Counted from the first letter of the stretch, positions 28,169 to 41,880 are shown. The stretch: 64,000 nt of DNA from Tubulanus polymorphus (GCF_964204645.1 NC_134033.1:11974655-12038654); one strand, 5' to 3'. The notes: generated by a model from the letters alone, not told the origin. Numbers and translations are program-made.

Positions 28169-29578
28169 AATGGCATATAGTCAAAAGCCTTAAGTTATTT
28201 TCAAACTTCATTTACACTTTTAACGGCCCCTTTTAGGCTCCTTTTCTCACACCACCTAGACTACCCACCCGGACAGTGGTCACTCCTGGGGAACACTATA
28301 GATGCGAAGCAAGCAAGCCGGAAGATTAAGGAAACATTCACTTTAAAGGTTGGGCTTAACATTGACCACCATTCAAATGAAGGACAATCCACAAACTGCG
28401 CACAAAGAAAACTCCAAAATTGTCAAAAACGAAAACATTTTCTATGTACTTCTATGGATCTTTAATTACCTTTAATCTCTACCTAATATTTACATGTATT
28501 CTAGTTTAGAAATGATTGAGTACACTCTCTGTATCATAGATAAGTTTAAAAACATGGATTAACGATAATAACCAAATTTTACTTATCCCAGAAGAGACCG
28601 CACCAAACTTTTGACTACAAGACAACACATTACAATCTGCTAACAGATGGCCAGCTACGAGTAATCATTGTAGCAAAACCTTCTTCCCGAGTAAATCTTT
28701 ACTCATGCTACCAAAAAAATCACTCAAAACATCACTGAGAATTGAAATACACATAAGGCATATAAGTAGGGAAAGGTGTGGGCGGCTCAGGCGAAAACAA
28801 TCGTAATAATGGGTTTCATTTGGTAAATGTACATTCACGTCAAAAACCTTTTATCTAATGCAATATTTATGCGAAATGAAACCATTAACCACGATCGAAA
28901 TCACAGCCTTGCGTTTTCTGATCGAATTTTTAGATGCATCAAACATGGATATACATTATTGAGTGAATTGAGGTATATTTCAGTAATAAGTATTACATGT
29001 CCATATGACCATGGATCTTCCCAGAACACAGCCAGTTTTGAGTGACTTTTTAACCATTTCTAAAACCACACAACATCCTAATAGCGCATGTGCGCATATG
29101 CAATATGCATGCATTTTACATGCACATGTCATTGTCGACGTGTGTGCATGTTAAACTGCATGTGCGCACATGCGTACATGCAAAATACAACATGTGCTTA
29201 CATGTAAGAATCCAATCTGCAGTGAAAAATATAGACAACTGATTAGTATTCAATATAGAAACATCAAGCAAGCTTTTATAAGCATGGTGTAAAATGATGA
29301 AGCCCGCTGCACCATACATGGTTCTAGAACACAAGACGGCTTAAGATCTTAATAAGCCCATTATCTACATTCTACGTCAACTTTTGTCCCATCCTACATA
29401 CTTAATTCATGACTGAGCAACTAAAACGGAGATATGGTACATTCCTGAGACCAACCGCAATTTGACAAGGGGAATAAGGTAGCTCAATTGAACCAATTTA
29501 GCCGATAAGTTTAACTAACAACTACTATCAGTCAACTTAGAGCTAAAGAACTGGGATGTGGTCTATTTAGACAAGCGA

Positions 29579-29690
29579 GACCCAGTCCCACAGTTGTGAT
29601 TTAGAGAGTTAACTCTGAGTTAAAATTAGTTCATTTTCAATGAGTTAACTCTGAGTCAAATTTTAACTCGGAACTGTGGAACTGGACCCT
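29579..29690. mobile_element. Palindromic MITE with GG(G/T)CCAGTT-type TIRs
   Basis: gacccagtcccacagtt...aactgtggaactggaccc with a self-complementary core. Related elements at 18092-18188, 51565-51822 and 54137-54246. Confidence 0.6.
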
Positions 29691-30469
29691 GAGTTGCATT
29701 GTTGCGTCTCTAGGACAAAAATCTTACGACTTGATCGGTTAGAGGTTATCGATAGCAAGACCAACCTTACTCGCAGGCAAACCGAGTCTGGCTATATTCT
29801 TCTTTTTTTAAGATTTGGAGTATTATTCGTCTCTAAGCAAATCCAAAAACATTGCTCAGACTGTTATTTCACTTTTTTACCCTATTTTCTTCTCAGCACC
29901 CAAGATTGACGCCGCGATATTTTGCCAATCAGCTATAATAACGTCGCTAGGAGATTTACAACTTGTTGTTCATCGCGTCGAGTAGGAATCTCTAGTCATC
30001 CGAATAAATCTCATATAAAAAATTAAGGCGCAGCGGGCTTCAAAGCGATATAATAGATATAAATACAAGGGATATTGAGAACCATAATTCTTGTATTTCA
30101 CTCAAGAATTCAAAATTTATACCGCTTAAAATCTGGCAAAAAATGTCTGCGCGAAAACAGCTTATTTTCTCACAGAAAATTTGATTACTGCAGTTTTTTT
30201 TTTACACATTTGAGCTATCAAGGGAGGTAAAATTCTCACTTGGGCAATGATAGCGCGGGGATGTGCGCAGAATATTTGAGAGTTCTTCATCTCGAGGGAC
30301 CATAAACGAATGATATCTAATCTAATCCCTACCAGCGGACATGTTTGTAGGTCTTGCACAACACGACGACACCATATTGCAACAAAAAAACCAGCATTTT
30401 TAGATGTATTTAATTTCAATGCTGCTTTTTGATACAGTTATAACATGTTCGATAAAACGATATCAACAT

Positions 30470-30810
30470 AACTACTTGCATAAAATGGGGTCTTAAATAT
30501 CTAAAACCATTTGCATAATAATGGGGATATAGACACTTAAAACCATTTGCATTGTTATTGGGATTGATAATCGAAAAGTGATGTAAAATAATATCAAAAT
30601 AACTATTTGCATAAAATGGGTGTCTAGACACTGAAAACCATTTGCATGATAATGGGGGAAGTAGAAACTACTGTAATGGGATGGTTGTGCTTGCTGACCA
30701 ATATGGCTGCCATGTGAAAAATTAACATGGCAAGACTTTGTTGGGTACCCTCATCCTATCTAGACAGTTAAAACCATTTGCAAGATGATGGGAATGTAGA
30801 AACTTCTATG
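30470..30810. repeat. Degenerate ttgcataaaatgggg...tagaaact repeat family
   Basis: The same family is inverted at 37550-37900 and direct at 40060-40140. Confidence 0.65.
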
Positions 30811-33050
30811 ATGGTACACGGCAGCAAGACCTCATTAATTTCATCCAAAAACATTGTTTTCCGATGGACATGTAATAGAAAAAGCTAGAGGACAAAAAGT
30901 CGACCAAATCAACATAGTCTTACAAAATACGGGGGAGGAAAGATCGGAAATGTTTTCGAGGTCGCGAGAGTAAATTATTCATAGAAATAGGATTAAAGCA
31001 AAGCGACAATCAAACGAATGCATAGACAGTTACTGGTATCTAATGAAGCAGCGCGGCAATATCAGCTCGGTACTCGTCGGTTCAACCAGGTGTAAATGAG
31101 AATAGGTGTTGAGCGGAGGAGGGAATCAGGCAGTCGCCATCACATGAGCATTTTTAGATTCGGATAAACTTTGGCCTGTACCGGATCAGGCCGGGGCCAA
31201 TTGTTTGCACCGGTGTCGAAAACATCCATGACTGGCCAAAACAGGATAAGATACGGCCCAACCGAAAATTTCGAACCCGGCCCATGCCAAATTATTCTCT
31301 GCGGTTCTGAACGTGCCTCGCCTCATTATTCTAACAAGTCTGGATACGTCTGCCCGAGTCAAATCCTGTCTCTGCGTAATTGCAGCTTATGGAATACCAG
31401 AGGGTGCAAGTTTTAGTCAAAAAGGGGCTGCCAACATTGCCTATGCATATATAAGCAAAGTTTCATTTTACATCTATCTGACTTTCACTGATGTTAAAGC
31501 AATTATCTATGGGAATAAAACCAGGTTGTGGAGGGGAGGTTTACACAGTGAAGGGTGCTTAACTGCGGTAGTTAGTCGTTATAAGCATTCGATTCTGGGA
31601 TGCCAGAACATACGTAGATTGAACACTACCAATTACAACATCAACGTCCCAGGACAAGACAACTTTCCCAGTCACCCTGAACCCAGTTTCTTAAAAGCAG
31701 TTAACTGTGAACCCTTAGAAATATGTGGAACTTGAGTCTCACGATGCCACCAAATTCTAATGCCAAACAAAAAAGCAATTGAGCCCAATACGACTCAGCT
31801 GAGTAGCAGAGACTAGGAGCAATTTCTAATATTCCAACAAACAGAATAAAGTGAAATAAATTAACTTTTCACAACGCCAAAACTTAAAATTCAGATCGTT
31901 CATTGTTGGAGGCAACTATGATACGACCCAACCGAACGCGATAGCGCTGTAACGCCTCGCCTCGTGTCGCATCCAGACGAAAGCGTTTATGAATTTCGGA
32001 AAAAAATCGCCGCGAAAGTTTATAAAAAATTCACGAGCGCCGACGAAGCCGTCGAACAGCACGCGGGTGTAATCATCATCGCTGTATCGTCTCCGCGACT
32101 ACAAGCGAAGAAAATTGTGCGAACACGGACAGAAATAATCTCTCCGGTCGCTCGAATACACCTCATTACTGAAATAACTGTCTCTACCACCTTTCTTCAT
32201 AAAATACGAACATCGTCGTCGTGCGTGACGAAGAGAATGGGCCGAAAAATATCGCAATATTCCGAATTCCCATCGCTGCATTAAGCACATTCTATTCCCG
32301 TTCACTGCTGACTATACGACAGGGTGGAGGCGACTTTCTCACAATTTACAATTCCCGACAGAGTTTTCACAGATTCTTCCGTATTACAGAGAACTCTACG
32401 GGACCAGAAAATATATTCGTTATAACCGATAGTTCGATAGTTCGTTAAATCCAGTATGAAATTGATTAAATTTTCTCACTTGGGACACACTTTGTATACT
32501 TGTAATATCTGATGAATCATTGTATTCGAGTTCGTTATAACAAAGTTCCGCTGTGCAGGCCTAACACAAATTATTGACTAAATCCGAATACTTTCTTAGT
32601 TTAAAGATGTTTAATTCATGCATTATTTATGAGACGTGTAAACAAAAACATATCCAAATTTGTCAAATTCCCCAAGTTTACCCTGATTTTTTTCTAGATT
32701 TTCCTGATCCCTGTAGTTTTCCAGGTTTTCCGGATTTGCCACTACAAGTAGCAAATTCTTCCTATTACGGTATTTGAACTCTGGCACATGGGAATGTTAA
32801 AATTCCCAATTGGCTCGCAATGTGAACACACTCGACTTCAATCTCAATGCTCTCATTGGTCAAATTTTCAACAATGGCCGACAAAGCAATAGCTCCGGTG
32901 CTAATTACGAGTATACTCCTAGTGGAGGTTGGGAAGAAACAACATGATTCATACAAGCTAAATAGCGATAAACAATACACTATTTAACAACAGAAACAAG
33001 GAATTTATAAACAGAAAATGTGAAGAACGTCGTGTAAATATATATCTTAC

Positions 33051-33163
33051 CATCAGTCGTGAGACCCGGACTCGAAGTAAACTTAGCCACGTCGACAATT
33101 TTGACGGCGAAATGTTGTCCCGATTGTTTGTGTATGCATCGTCGCACCACGCTGAACGGACCT
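33051..33163 (-). CDS. CASK: CASK coding exon equivalent to human exon 2 (113 nt): [37 protein letters not shown]
   Basis: Acceptor tttcag|A, donor G|gtaag. The peptide closely matches the CASK N-lobe, including the GPFS Gly-loop and the AVK lysine. Phase 2 in, phase 1 out. Confidence 0.97.
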
Positions 33164-33480
33164 CTGAAACGATACAGATTCATTCAAACAATTAATACAT
33201 TAAGTTAACTAAAGTAGCTCAGTAGGGTGGGGCATGTGGCAGACAGTGGCACTTTGCACTATTTTTGTAAAAAACGAATGGAAAAATAGAGATTGCTTGA
33301 ATTCACTCTTCAATTCACTCAGGGCTTTCGGAACCCCTATATGACCAGTAAAGATCATAGAAGAATACTTATTTGGAATCCAGATGTAAAGTCAGGGCTT
33401 CGGTCTAAGACCATGTTTCAACTTTTTAGTGGTCATCTGAAGTTGTCTTTATAATGGCTAAAAACAACTGTTCTTAGGTT

Positions 33481-33628
33481 AGAACGATAACCACACTCAA
33501 ACGTGGTGAACGGATAATAAGATAAAATCCCACTATTTACAGATTAAAAGAATTTAAAAACCAGACTTTATTTATTCAATCAAAAATATATAAAAGACAC
33601 GACGTTTCGATCTCACCCTAGAGATCAT
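33481..33628 (-). mobile_element. 5'-truncated copy of the same Penelope-like terminal repeat
   Basis: Nearly colinear with 18804-18916 plus the tail seen at 19046-19081. It stops within the ribozyme, before CUGAUGA. Confidence 0.75.
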
Positions 33629-35082
33629 GGTTGAGGTTGTCGGATTGGCTAAAACTTATATTGGCTTAGACTGGTCTTCAAGGTGAGCTTCAACTGGCCT
33701 CAATCTAAGCATTGATTGTGCAACTATAACATTATATCCACTCTTCAAGAGGTGGGTCAACACCTGTTAAAAGATGCGCGCCAAATCCGGTGTTTCATGT
33801 TTCAAGAATAAATATAGACATTTCTGTTTCATGTTTCGTGTTTACATCAGGCTGCTGTATGCTGTATTGGCTTTAGTTCGTCTGCACCAGACTGATACTC
33901 GATCCCGCCAATGATTTCCAATTACATAAATCACCTAGTGATCTTAACGGACACCTGTCCTATTCGATCAATCGATCAATAATCCGATTGCCGCAATCCT
34001 CGCGCTCCGTACGCTGCTCGCAGGTATTTTCACAGCGACTCCAGCTGATCAAAAATAAATATTATCATTCGATTTCCGCGCTTGGAATCTGTTTTATAGG
34101 TTTATAAGAGGGTAAACTAATGGAATAGTTACAGATAGCTATCCACGTGCAAAAGATCACCAACATACAATTAATATCATGACATTTTATAATTCGAGTT
34201 TCTATCGTTTGTATAATTTACAGAAAACCTCAGCTTGTTACTGCTATCAGTTATATATATATACTCAACTTGAATCGGATCTTTTTGGACCATGAAAATA
34301 TGTATGAAAACAAAAATAACAATTCGACATAGGCTGGCTATAGCATACCAAGTGGAACATACAAAAATTTATGAAAATATCGTAAATACGAATTTACATT
34401 CCTGATTGTCAGTATGCACAGTCCTTGAAGGGGTCACACCACCACTATTCTGGATATGTCTGCAGTCACATATATGAATTTACATTACTGATTTTCAGGA
34501 GGCACAAAGCACTTTGGTGGGTCACACCACCACTATTCTGGATATTGTCTGCAGTGCCAATAAACCCACCCACTCCTCTTAATTGCATCTACAAATAGTG
34601 AACACAATAGCAAAGACACTAATGTACAGCAGGCCACGGACCTGATAAACTAGAAGATCAATAGCTGCATTGACACTATCACCAGTTGGACTTTTTGCTA
34701 GTGTTAACACTTGGTCCATTCCAAATTGGAACGGGCCATATTTAGTCTAAATGATGTAGTGTGAACGCAGCTAATGTCAATAGCTACTGCAACTCAGCAG
34801 CCTTGAAAATCATTATCCGAATCGCAAGGAAAGAAATCGCTTGCTTTCAAGTATGAAATCAGATATGGAAATGTCGAACGTTGATGTCTTCGCCGCTGCT
34901 CTCTGTACAAACAACTCACTGAGAATGTAATAATACGAGTTAATAGATTTAAATCGTAATCGAAAATTTCAATAACGAAATTAAACCGGCGTCTAGCAGC
35001 GCGCGCTCGCTCGTTCGTGTCTTATCGTCGATTGTTTGCCGTTAAACAATCTCGAAACGGAGTACAGAGTAAATAACATAAC

Positions 35083-35170
35083 ACGAGGACAACCCTTCAA
35101 ACGAGGAGACAACCCTTCAAATGAGGAGACAACCCTTCAAACGAGGAGACAACCCTTCAAACGAGGAGAA
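35083..35170. repeat. 20-bp minisatellite, about 4.5 copies
   Basis: Unit acgaggagacaacccttcaa. Confidence 0.92.
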
Positions 35171-35250
35171 AACCGTCCAAAAGAGATCATAATATAACAA
35201 CCCTTCAAAAGTGCAAAAGCGTCTTCAGAAATCAACTGCTTGTCAGAAGC

Positions 35251-35536
35251 CCATCCTCCCTACCGGCAGGGATTCGAACCTGATGGCATCGCTTAGAAAC
35301 CCTGCCACACTACACCATCCAAATTTCACGGGCGAACTTCATAAATGGAAAACCAAGGCTAAAATAGAACAGGATTTCTGATTGGCTATTAATGACATCG
35401 TCTAAGCTGCACATGAACCTGTACACTCGGTCTAGTGTGGCAGGGTTTCGTACCGTGGCAGGGATTCGAACCCCAGAGTTTCGTACCGTGGCGAGTCTCG
35501 ATGCCATCAAGTCGAATCCCTGCCAGTAGAGGATGC
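35251..35536. mobile_element. Long-inverted-repeat (foldback/MITE) element
   Basis: Left arm catcctccctaccggcagggattcgaacctgatggcatcg...gaaaccctgccacacta is inverted at 35433-35535. One arm recurs at 57051-57120. Confidence 0.7.
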
Positions 35537-35856
35537 AAAGGCTAAAACGATCGAACTCGTTATAACTCATTAGAAACTGCCAATCAATGAGTGATTAACT
35601 AGTGATAAATCGTCACACTGACAGGTGAAAGACACATCAGAGCTGATAACAATCCGATAATACTCGGCCTTAAGCCGTCCTGATTACCTCAACAGTTTTT
35701 TTCTATTTGGAGAAATTTACAACAGCGTTTTAATTGAATGATTGATTGCAACTGCATTGTAATGTAGAAAGTGATTTGCATGTGAACACATGCAAATTTG
35801 ACTAAAGTCTAATCCAGGCCAGTTTGACCCCCACGGGCCAAATTGCCTCGCCCTAT

Positions 35857-35993
35857 AGCCACGATCACACGCAGACAATTTGGCCCCGGGGTAAATTTGC
35901 TCTGATCAGGCAAATTTGGCAACACGGTGAAATGGTAAAGTGATGTTGCGGGTCTAATTTGGCACGGGCAAAAAGTGGTTGTGTGATCGCGGC
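35857..35993. mobile_element. Short MITE with AGCC(G/A)(C/T)GATCACAC TIRs (possibly PIF/Harbinger-derived); representative of an abundant family
   Basis: TIRs agccacgatcacac and gtgtgatcgcggc, with internal tttggccc/gccaaatt motifs. Relatives at about 26053, 31170, 36391-36518, 36910, 47220-47430, 55308, 59857 and 60193. Confidence 0.65.
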
Positions 35994-38016
35994 ACTGCAA
36001 TAAAGTGCCTCTTTACAAGCCCTTCATTATTAGAATGGAAATTTTTGTTCGTTACATCAAATAAATCATAACGTCCAAGCTCGTTATAACCAGGTTCCAT
36101 TATTGTAAGACCGAAGGTAGAAACATCGATATATCAGACTAAGTCATTATATTCGTACAGAAGATAATTGATATTTCGAGCCCCCAGGACTAATTTTTCA
36201 TGGGTGACATGGCCCACTATGAATAATCACCAAACTAACTAACAGTTAAGTTGTGTTCCACTTCATTATCTATTATTGGAAATTATCAGACCTGGCCACT
36301 GTTTATATTTGTCGATATCACGTCTAAAAGCAACTAAAATATTCTAATTTTCTGGGAAGGGGCTCAGCTCTGGTTGGCTTTCTTCGATTAAGTCACGATC
36401 GCACAAGCATTTTTGGCCCGTGCCAAATTCGACCTGGAGCAACCATTCACATTGGTGCGAAATGGACCCAGGCCAGTTTGGTAATGATGGGCCAAATCAT
36501 CTCCGTGTGATCATGGCTTCATGGCTAAGCTTGAATAATAAAAAAAAATACTTGAAGAAAACCACAAAAGGTATCAAACTGGTGCCTGGAACCACCGTAG
36601 CCTGGAACCATCGATTCAGAAGTTCACTGTTTAATGTGAAGTCTTTATCATCACTTTTTGAAAGTCAGCTGATAAGGTGCCTCATGTCTGAAGTTCATTT
36701 CCGATTAAAAATGTATCCGATGAAGTCCTGATTACGTGTGAAGTTTAGATTATGAAATATCTACTCGTCTGTATTTTGTAGTTCATTTCCGATTGAAAAT
36801 CTTTCAGGTGAAGCTCTAAAAACACATGAATTCTGGATGATCTGAGTGTGTTGATAAAATCACTAATGTCTGGTGTTTGTAGTTCATTTCCAATTAAGAT
36901 GTCTCAAGCGATTTTGGCCCAGGCCAATCATGGCACGGAACAACAGCTCAAACGGTTGCCAAATAGGCCTGTACCAAAAATGTCAGGCTCGAGCCAAATT
37001 TGAGCATTTGAAGGGAGCGGATTGTTATCTTATAAAATGTGGTGGAGCATCTGTATTCATTAGCTATTATAGCGACATCAAATTAATTGCCAATCAGCTT
37101 TCATTGCTAATGGGTTTAATTGTCAATGAACAGACTGAATGGCAATTTGTTGACACCGAAGTAAGATTTATGAGATTGACCGTCTATTTTTAGAAAGAGG
37201 CGCGGTGGTCTGAGCAAATAGTCTGGAGATGTGTGCCATCATCGCGTAGGATTAACGGGTACCGCAGAAACATCAAAGCTTTGCGTTCCATCAATAGACA
37301 GACATACAAGGGAAATAGAAAAAGTCGATCAAAACAAAGAAGCAAACATGTTCGTCGTGATCATGCATCAATACTTGGCTAATGTAAAGTAGTGGATGTC
37401 TACGCAAAGCCTTCATTACAGTAAAAGGGGTCCAGCTATATGCGATGTTTGAACGTGACGACATTATATCGGTTGGCAAAATCACAATAAATGATTTGTA
37501 TGATCCCGGTATAGTTTCTACATCCCTCTGATATGCGATATGCAAATGCGTAGTTTTTAGTTTCTACATTCTCCCTTCATACATATGGTTTGTAGTTGCC
37601 ATCATCCCCCATTTTATGCAAATATTTCTGAGTTTCTGTATCCCGTTTTTATGCGAATAGATCTAAGTTTCTTCATCCCCATCTTATATGAATAATTCTA
37701 GTTTCTACATCCCCCTTTTATGCAAATTTACCTATAAATTTCATATCCCATTTCTAAACGATAAGTTCTACATAAGATCCAACTTGCCGATTTTAGACTA
37801 AACTGAAAATACTTAACTCACAAATAATTCTAAGTTTATACATCTCTGTTTTTACATGCAGCGCTTTGTTTCTACATCCCCACAATCGCATAGGTTTAGC
37901 TTTTTTCGTCCAATTCATCAGCTCCCAAAGCGCATTATTTATCTACGTATAGCATGGAACAGTATCCGAGCATTCTGTCGTTCCAAGAATGCGAAAGATT
38001 CCCCGATCTTACTTAC

Positions 38017-38135
38017 CTCTCGATTACGTTCCAGATAAGCACGTGATCCGGAGTCAGAATCGGCGGCCGATTTTTGCAGTCTTTCGGCGCGCGACGTTTT
38101 TTAAGCATGCGCATCATACATTCGAATAGAAACAT
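38017..38135 (-). CDS. CASK: Candidate alternative first coding exon of CASK: (MFLFEC)MMRMLKKRRAPKDCKNRPPILTPDHVLIWNVIER
   Basis: Consensus donor GAG|gtaagt in phase 2, matching exon 2. In-frame ATGs at 38135, 38117, 38114 and 38108 follow an upstream in-frame TGA. The end HVLIWNVIER|GPFS sits in register with canonical VYELCEVIGK|GPFS. Confidence 0.7.
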
Positions 38136-38985
38136 TAGCCGCGACGCGATTCAAAAAAAGATTCATCTGAATTCCAACGCGGCATCACGAAGCGGTAATA
38201 TTTAAATCCTCGAACTTATCATATCAGCGAAAATAACATTCATATCCTGACTCTTCTCCACCAGAAATCATTACTCATTTTCAATTGTCTCCTGCTTGAA
38301 AAACCTGATTGTTGATTTGTATGAATTAGAGTAAAAACTCCACGATATCCGAGAAGCTTTCATATCTAAACACAGAGCACGCGGAAAAAATTCTCGAGAT
38401 TTCATCGATTTAAAAGCGAAAGAAAATTAATTTTCGATTCAGCGTCAACAATCCTACAGCGAGCGATGAACGAACGAGAATTCATCGAGAAAGAAGTCGA
38501 CGTATCGCTTTGAGGAATTCAATTGCGTTCCTCACGCGCCAAGACACGCGGACAAAACGAGAGAAATCACGTTATTTTTAAAAATCGCACGTTGTAAAGG
38601 AATGTAACACCTCGCGTATAACCAACATCGGCGTGTTATTGTCGCCGTTTCGAAAAGTTTCCGTCCGCAACTGACTTCAAAATTCAGTTTTCACGAGCAA
38701 TTTTCAACAAAGACGACGAGTACCACCACACAGTTACACACTGTTCGATACACGGAAAGCAGTTCCAGAGCCGCAAAAAAAAATTGTGAAATTACCCTAC
38801 GACAAAAAATTGCTGCTATCTGCGCTATCACGAAATCTCTGATGGCGGCAATTTCCGCTTCGCTTGATTTAAGAAATTGTCAAAAAACCGGTTGGCGGTA
38901 ACTACCATATGTTGCAACTCATCGGAGTTTCCTCGCACACAGGATAGCTCGATATCCTCAGTTCAAATGTTTAATCCGCGATATT

Positions 38986-39038
<53 letters not shown>

Positions 39039-39545
39039 ATTGGCTAATTTCGCGATAATAATTAAGACATTAAGATGATTTTTAAAATTTGAAATACTCA
39101 GCATTTCACAAGTGAATTAGCATTTTGATGAATGGTAGTTCAAATGAAAGACGCTGATGATTTCGTCGGATCAAGTACAAATTCAAAATTTCATAATTCT
39201 ATAATCTTAGGATTCCAATCAATCCTCGATTGCGTATCTTTAAAACAAGACGCTAACAAATCCTTCCTTTTACAGAAATTTCATCATCATCATCGGTTCA
39301 AGCCGTCAAATTTTCGCGACTGATTCCACATAATTATGTTTTTCCATTCAAGACAGGAACGTGTGACAGTATCGCCGGCGGTGGTCACGCGATCATCTGA
39401 GCTCGTCGGATCTGCGGCTTACTAGCGCCGCGACACCAGTTGCCTTCTCGCTGCCAGGAAAAAGATCTCTTGTCTGGTTAAGTCTCTCACACACGCACGC
39501 GCGCAGATAGATCAGCACTGAAGATCGGTGCTGTCTTACGGGAAT
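38136..39545 (-). promoter_or_regulatory. Putative 5'UTR and internal promoter of the alternative first exon
   Basis: Long CpG-rich, largely repeat-free stretch directly upstream of the candidate exon, with a GC-rich core at 39361-39540. The TSS cannot be determined. Confidence 0.4.
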
Positions 39546-39754
39546 TTCAGTCTGATTGAACAATTTCACGTGGATGTCGTTTTTATCGGTGGAATTGATT
39601 TGTTTCGCCAGATGAAATAACTCAATATCGCTGTCTTTAATGCCACCAATACAGTAACGCCGATAACTTAGTTAACCACCATTGATGTGATGGAAGATGA
39701 TATCAAATCTAACACAAGTATAAAATTCAAATCCAAAATTTTCCCTTCAGCCAA

Positions 39755-39890
39755 TATTTATTCGACGTTTTAACTATATCCTTATAGTCACCTTCAATTA
39801 TCATCATCAGTATTCCTGAAGATGACTGTGAGGATATAGCCGAAATTCACTGAAGATGACTATTAGGATATATATAATAGTCAAAATTAC
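39755..39890. mobile_element. Cluster of three decayed hammerhead motifs of the 11393 family (one on -, two on +)
   Basis: ttcgacgttttaactatatccttatagtcaccttca (inverted copy), then tattcctgaagatgactgtgaggatatagccgaaa and ctgaagatgactattaggatatatataatagtcaaaa. Confidence 0.6.
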
Positions 39891-40386
39891 AAAAATAAAA
39901 TATCAGCTCAAGGAAACATTTCATACTGTTTTTTATCCTTAGTCGGGGATTTTACATTATTAATCTTAAGCCTTCAGTTGCAGGTATCATCAGAGCTGAT
40001 GAATTGACAAAAATAACCACTACACAATGATGGTGATATAGAAACTGACGACTAATGAATATAAAATGGGGATCTAGACACTAAAAGTAATTTGCATACA
40101 ACATGGTATGTAGAAACTAAGACTTATTTGCATAAATATCAGGAAGTATCAGGATTGGTCATGTAAATCACTAATGGTGTCTGCCTGGAGTCCTTATTTT
40201 TCAATGAGTGCACAATATACCAAGAAAGCAGTCGTGATTTGGTAAACATAATCGATCAACTCTACCCAGTCAGACAGACAGACGGATGGACCGACCGAAC
40301 GAAGAATTCGATAATTAAAAATCAATCAACTGCCACTAATTAATCATAACGAGCTTCATGCCAAATCGCATTCATCACACATCTAT

Positions 40387-40522
<136 letters not shown>

Positions 40523-41841
40523 CTGTGATCAATCTTGTACTGTAAAACGCTTAGACGCGGCACAGATAGTGTGTGATGATCATCCCACAATTCATTAAGC
40601 AATGACGACAAATTTGTCGCATTTCACTCGCCATTGGCGATGAACTTAGCAGCAGTGCATCGAGGATGAATCTCAGTTTTTGTGGATGGCTGACTATTTG
40701 CCGACTGCGCAAAACTGAATGCTAGTCAGTCCTGATTATAGTCCAAAAATAGCTGAACTGCATGATTGAGCATGGTGATGATAGTCAAGACCTAGATCCA
40801 AGACAAATGACTAGTGAAAAAACCAAAGTTCATCCATGTTTTCTATAGACTACAGCACACTTGATTGGTTTTTACTGGATTGTCGGGCCATCGATGATCA
40901 TGAAAGTTGTACCAGCAAAATGTTAGATAACATTCGCTGGGCTCCGGTTTATCATGGTTTTGTCACATCAATAAAATAGATTCGCCAATTTATCAAACTC
41001 AAATGTTACATTGGTAAAATGAAAAGGCACCCAAAAGTTAGGTCAAAGGAATCTCCAACCGGTATTACAAATCTCAAACCTGAAAGAGAGAAATTATCTT
41101 CAACCGACCTGTAGACCTTATTATACTCGATCGAATTGTCTATTGAATCAGGGATTGGTTTTTTTTTAATTCCGCTTAATGCGCTAACGCACACACTATA
41201 GCAATATGGCGTGATGCGATGTGACACAATGCACATTTTCACGGCATTGATTTCAATGATTAATGACTTTCGACTAATTACAGTTCGGAGAGAATTAACA
41301 CGGCAATGAAGTCGAACAACACAGATGATAGGACGGGACGGGATGAATCTAGGGAGAAGAGGGAGGGAGGGTGAGAGATAGAATAAGAAAGACGCAGGCC
41401 CATGTACCACTCTCTGATGGGTGCCAAAATTAGAAGAGGCGGAATCCTTTCATGGGATAGCTAGCAAGTTCAGCCATCAGCACGAAGCCTCCTGCGTTGG
41501 TTTCGAAGCCTTCCCCCGAGAGTTATGAAACATTAAAATCATCTAATACATTTTCTTCGACAAAATTAGCGGAACTCGGGATCTTGCAGGGAGCATTCAT
41601 ACCCAACGCACCTCTGTTTCTTATAGGCCTGGAGCCATATGGCGACAGGATATGGTGAAGAACACATGGAGTGGGTGATGAAAATGGAGATAGAAAGAGG
41701 TGAAGCGAGGTTGGGAGATTGATTAGGGATGGCGAGGTGTTGGATAAAGACCAATGTAGAAAAGAAGATGACGAGAGAAATCCCACAAATAACAAAGCCA
41801 AAATTGAAAAATTCTATATCAGAATGATTGTATTTGAGGAG

Positions 41842-41880
41842 CGACGTTTCAGCTAACAACTATTAGCCATCATCAGGTGT
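41842..41880 (-). ncRNA. Minimal hammerhead ribozyme motif, third family (stem I disrupted)
   Basis: Minus strand reads ACAC-CUGAUGA-U-GGCUAAU-aguu-GUUAGCU-GAAAC-GUC-GCUC. Confidence 0.6.
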
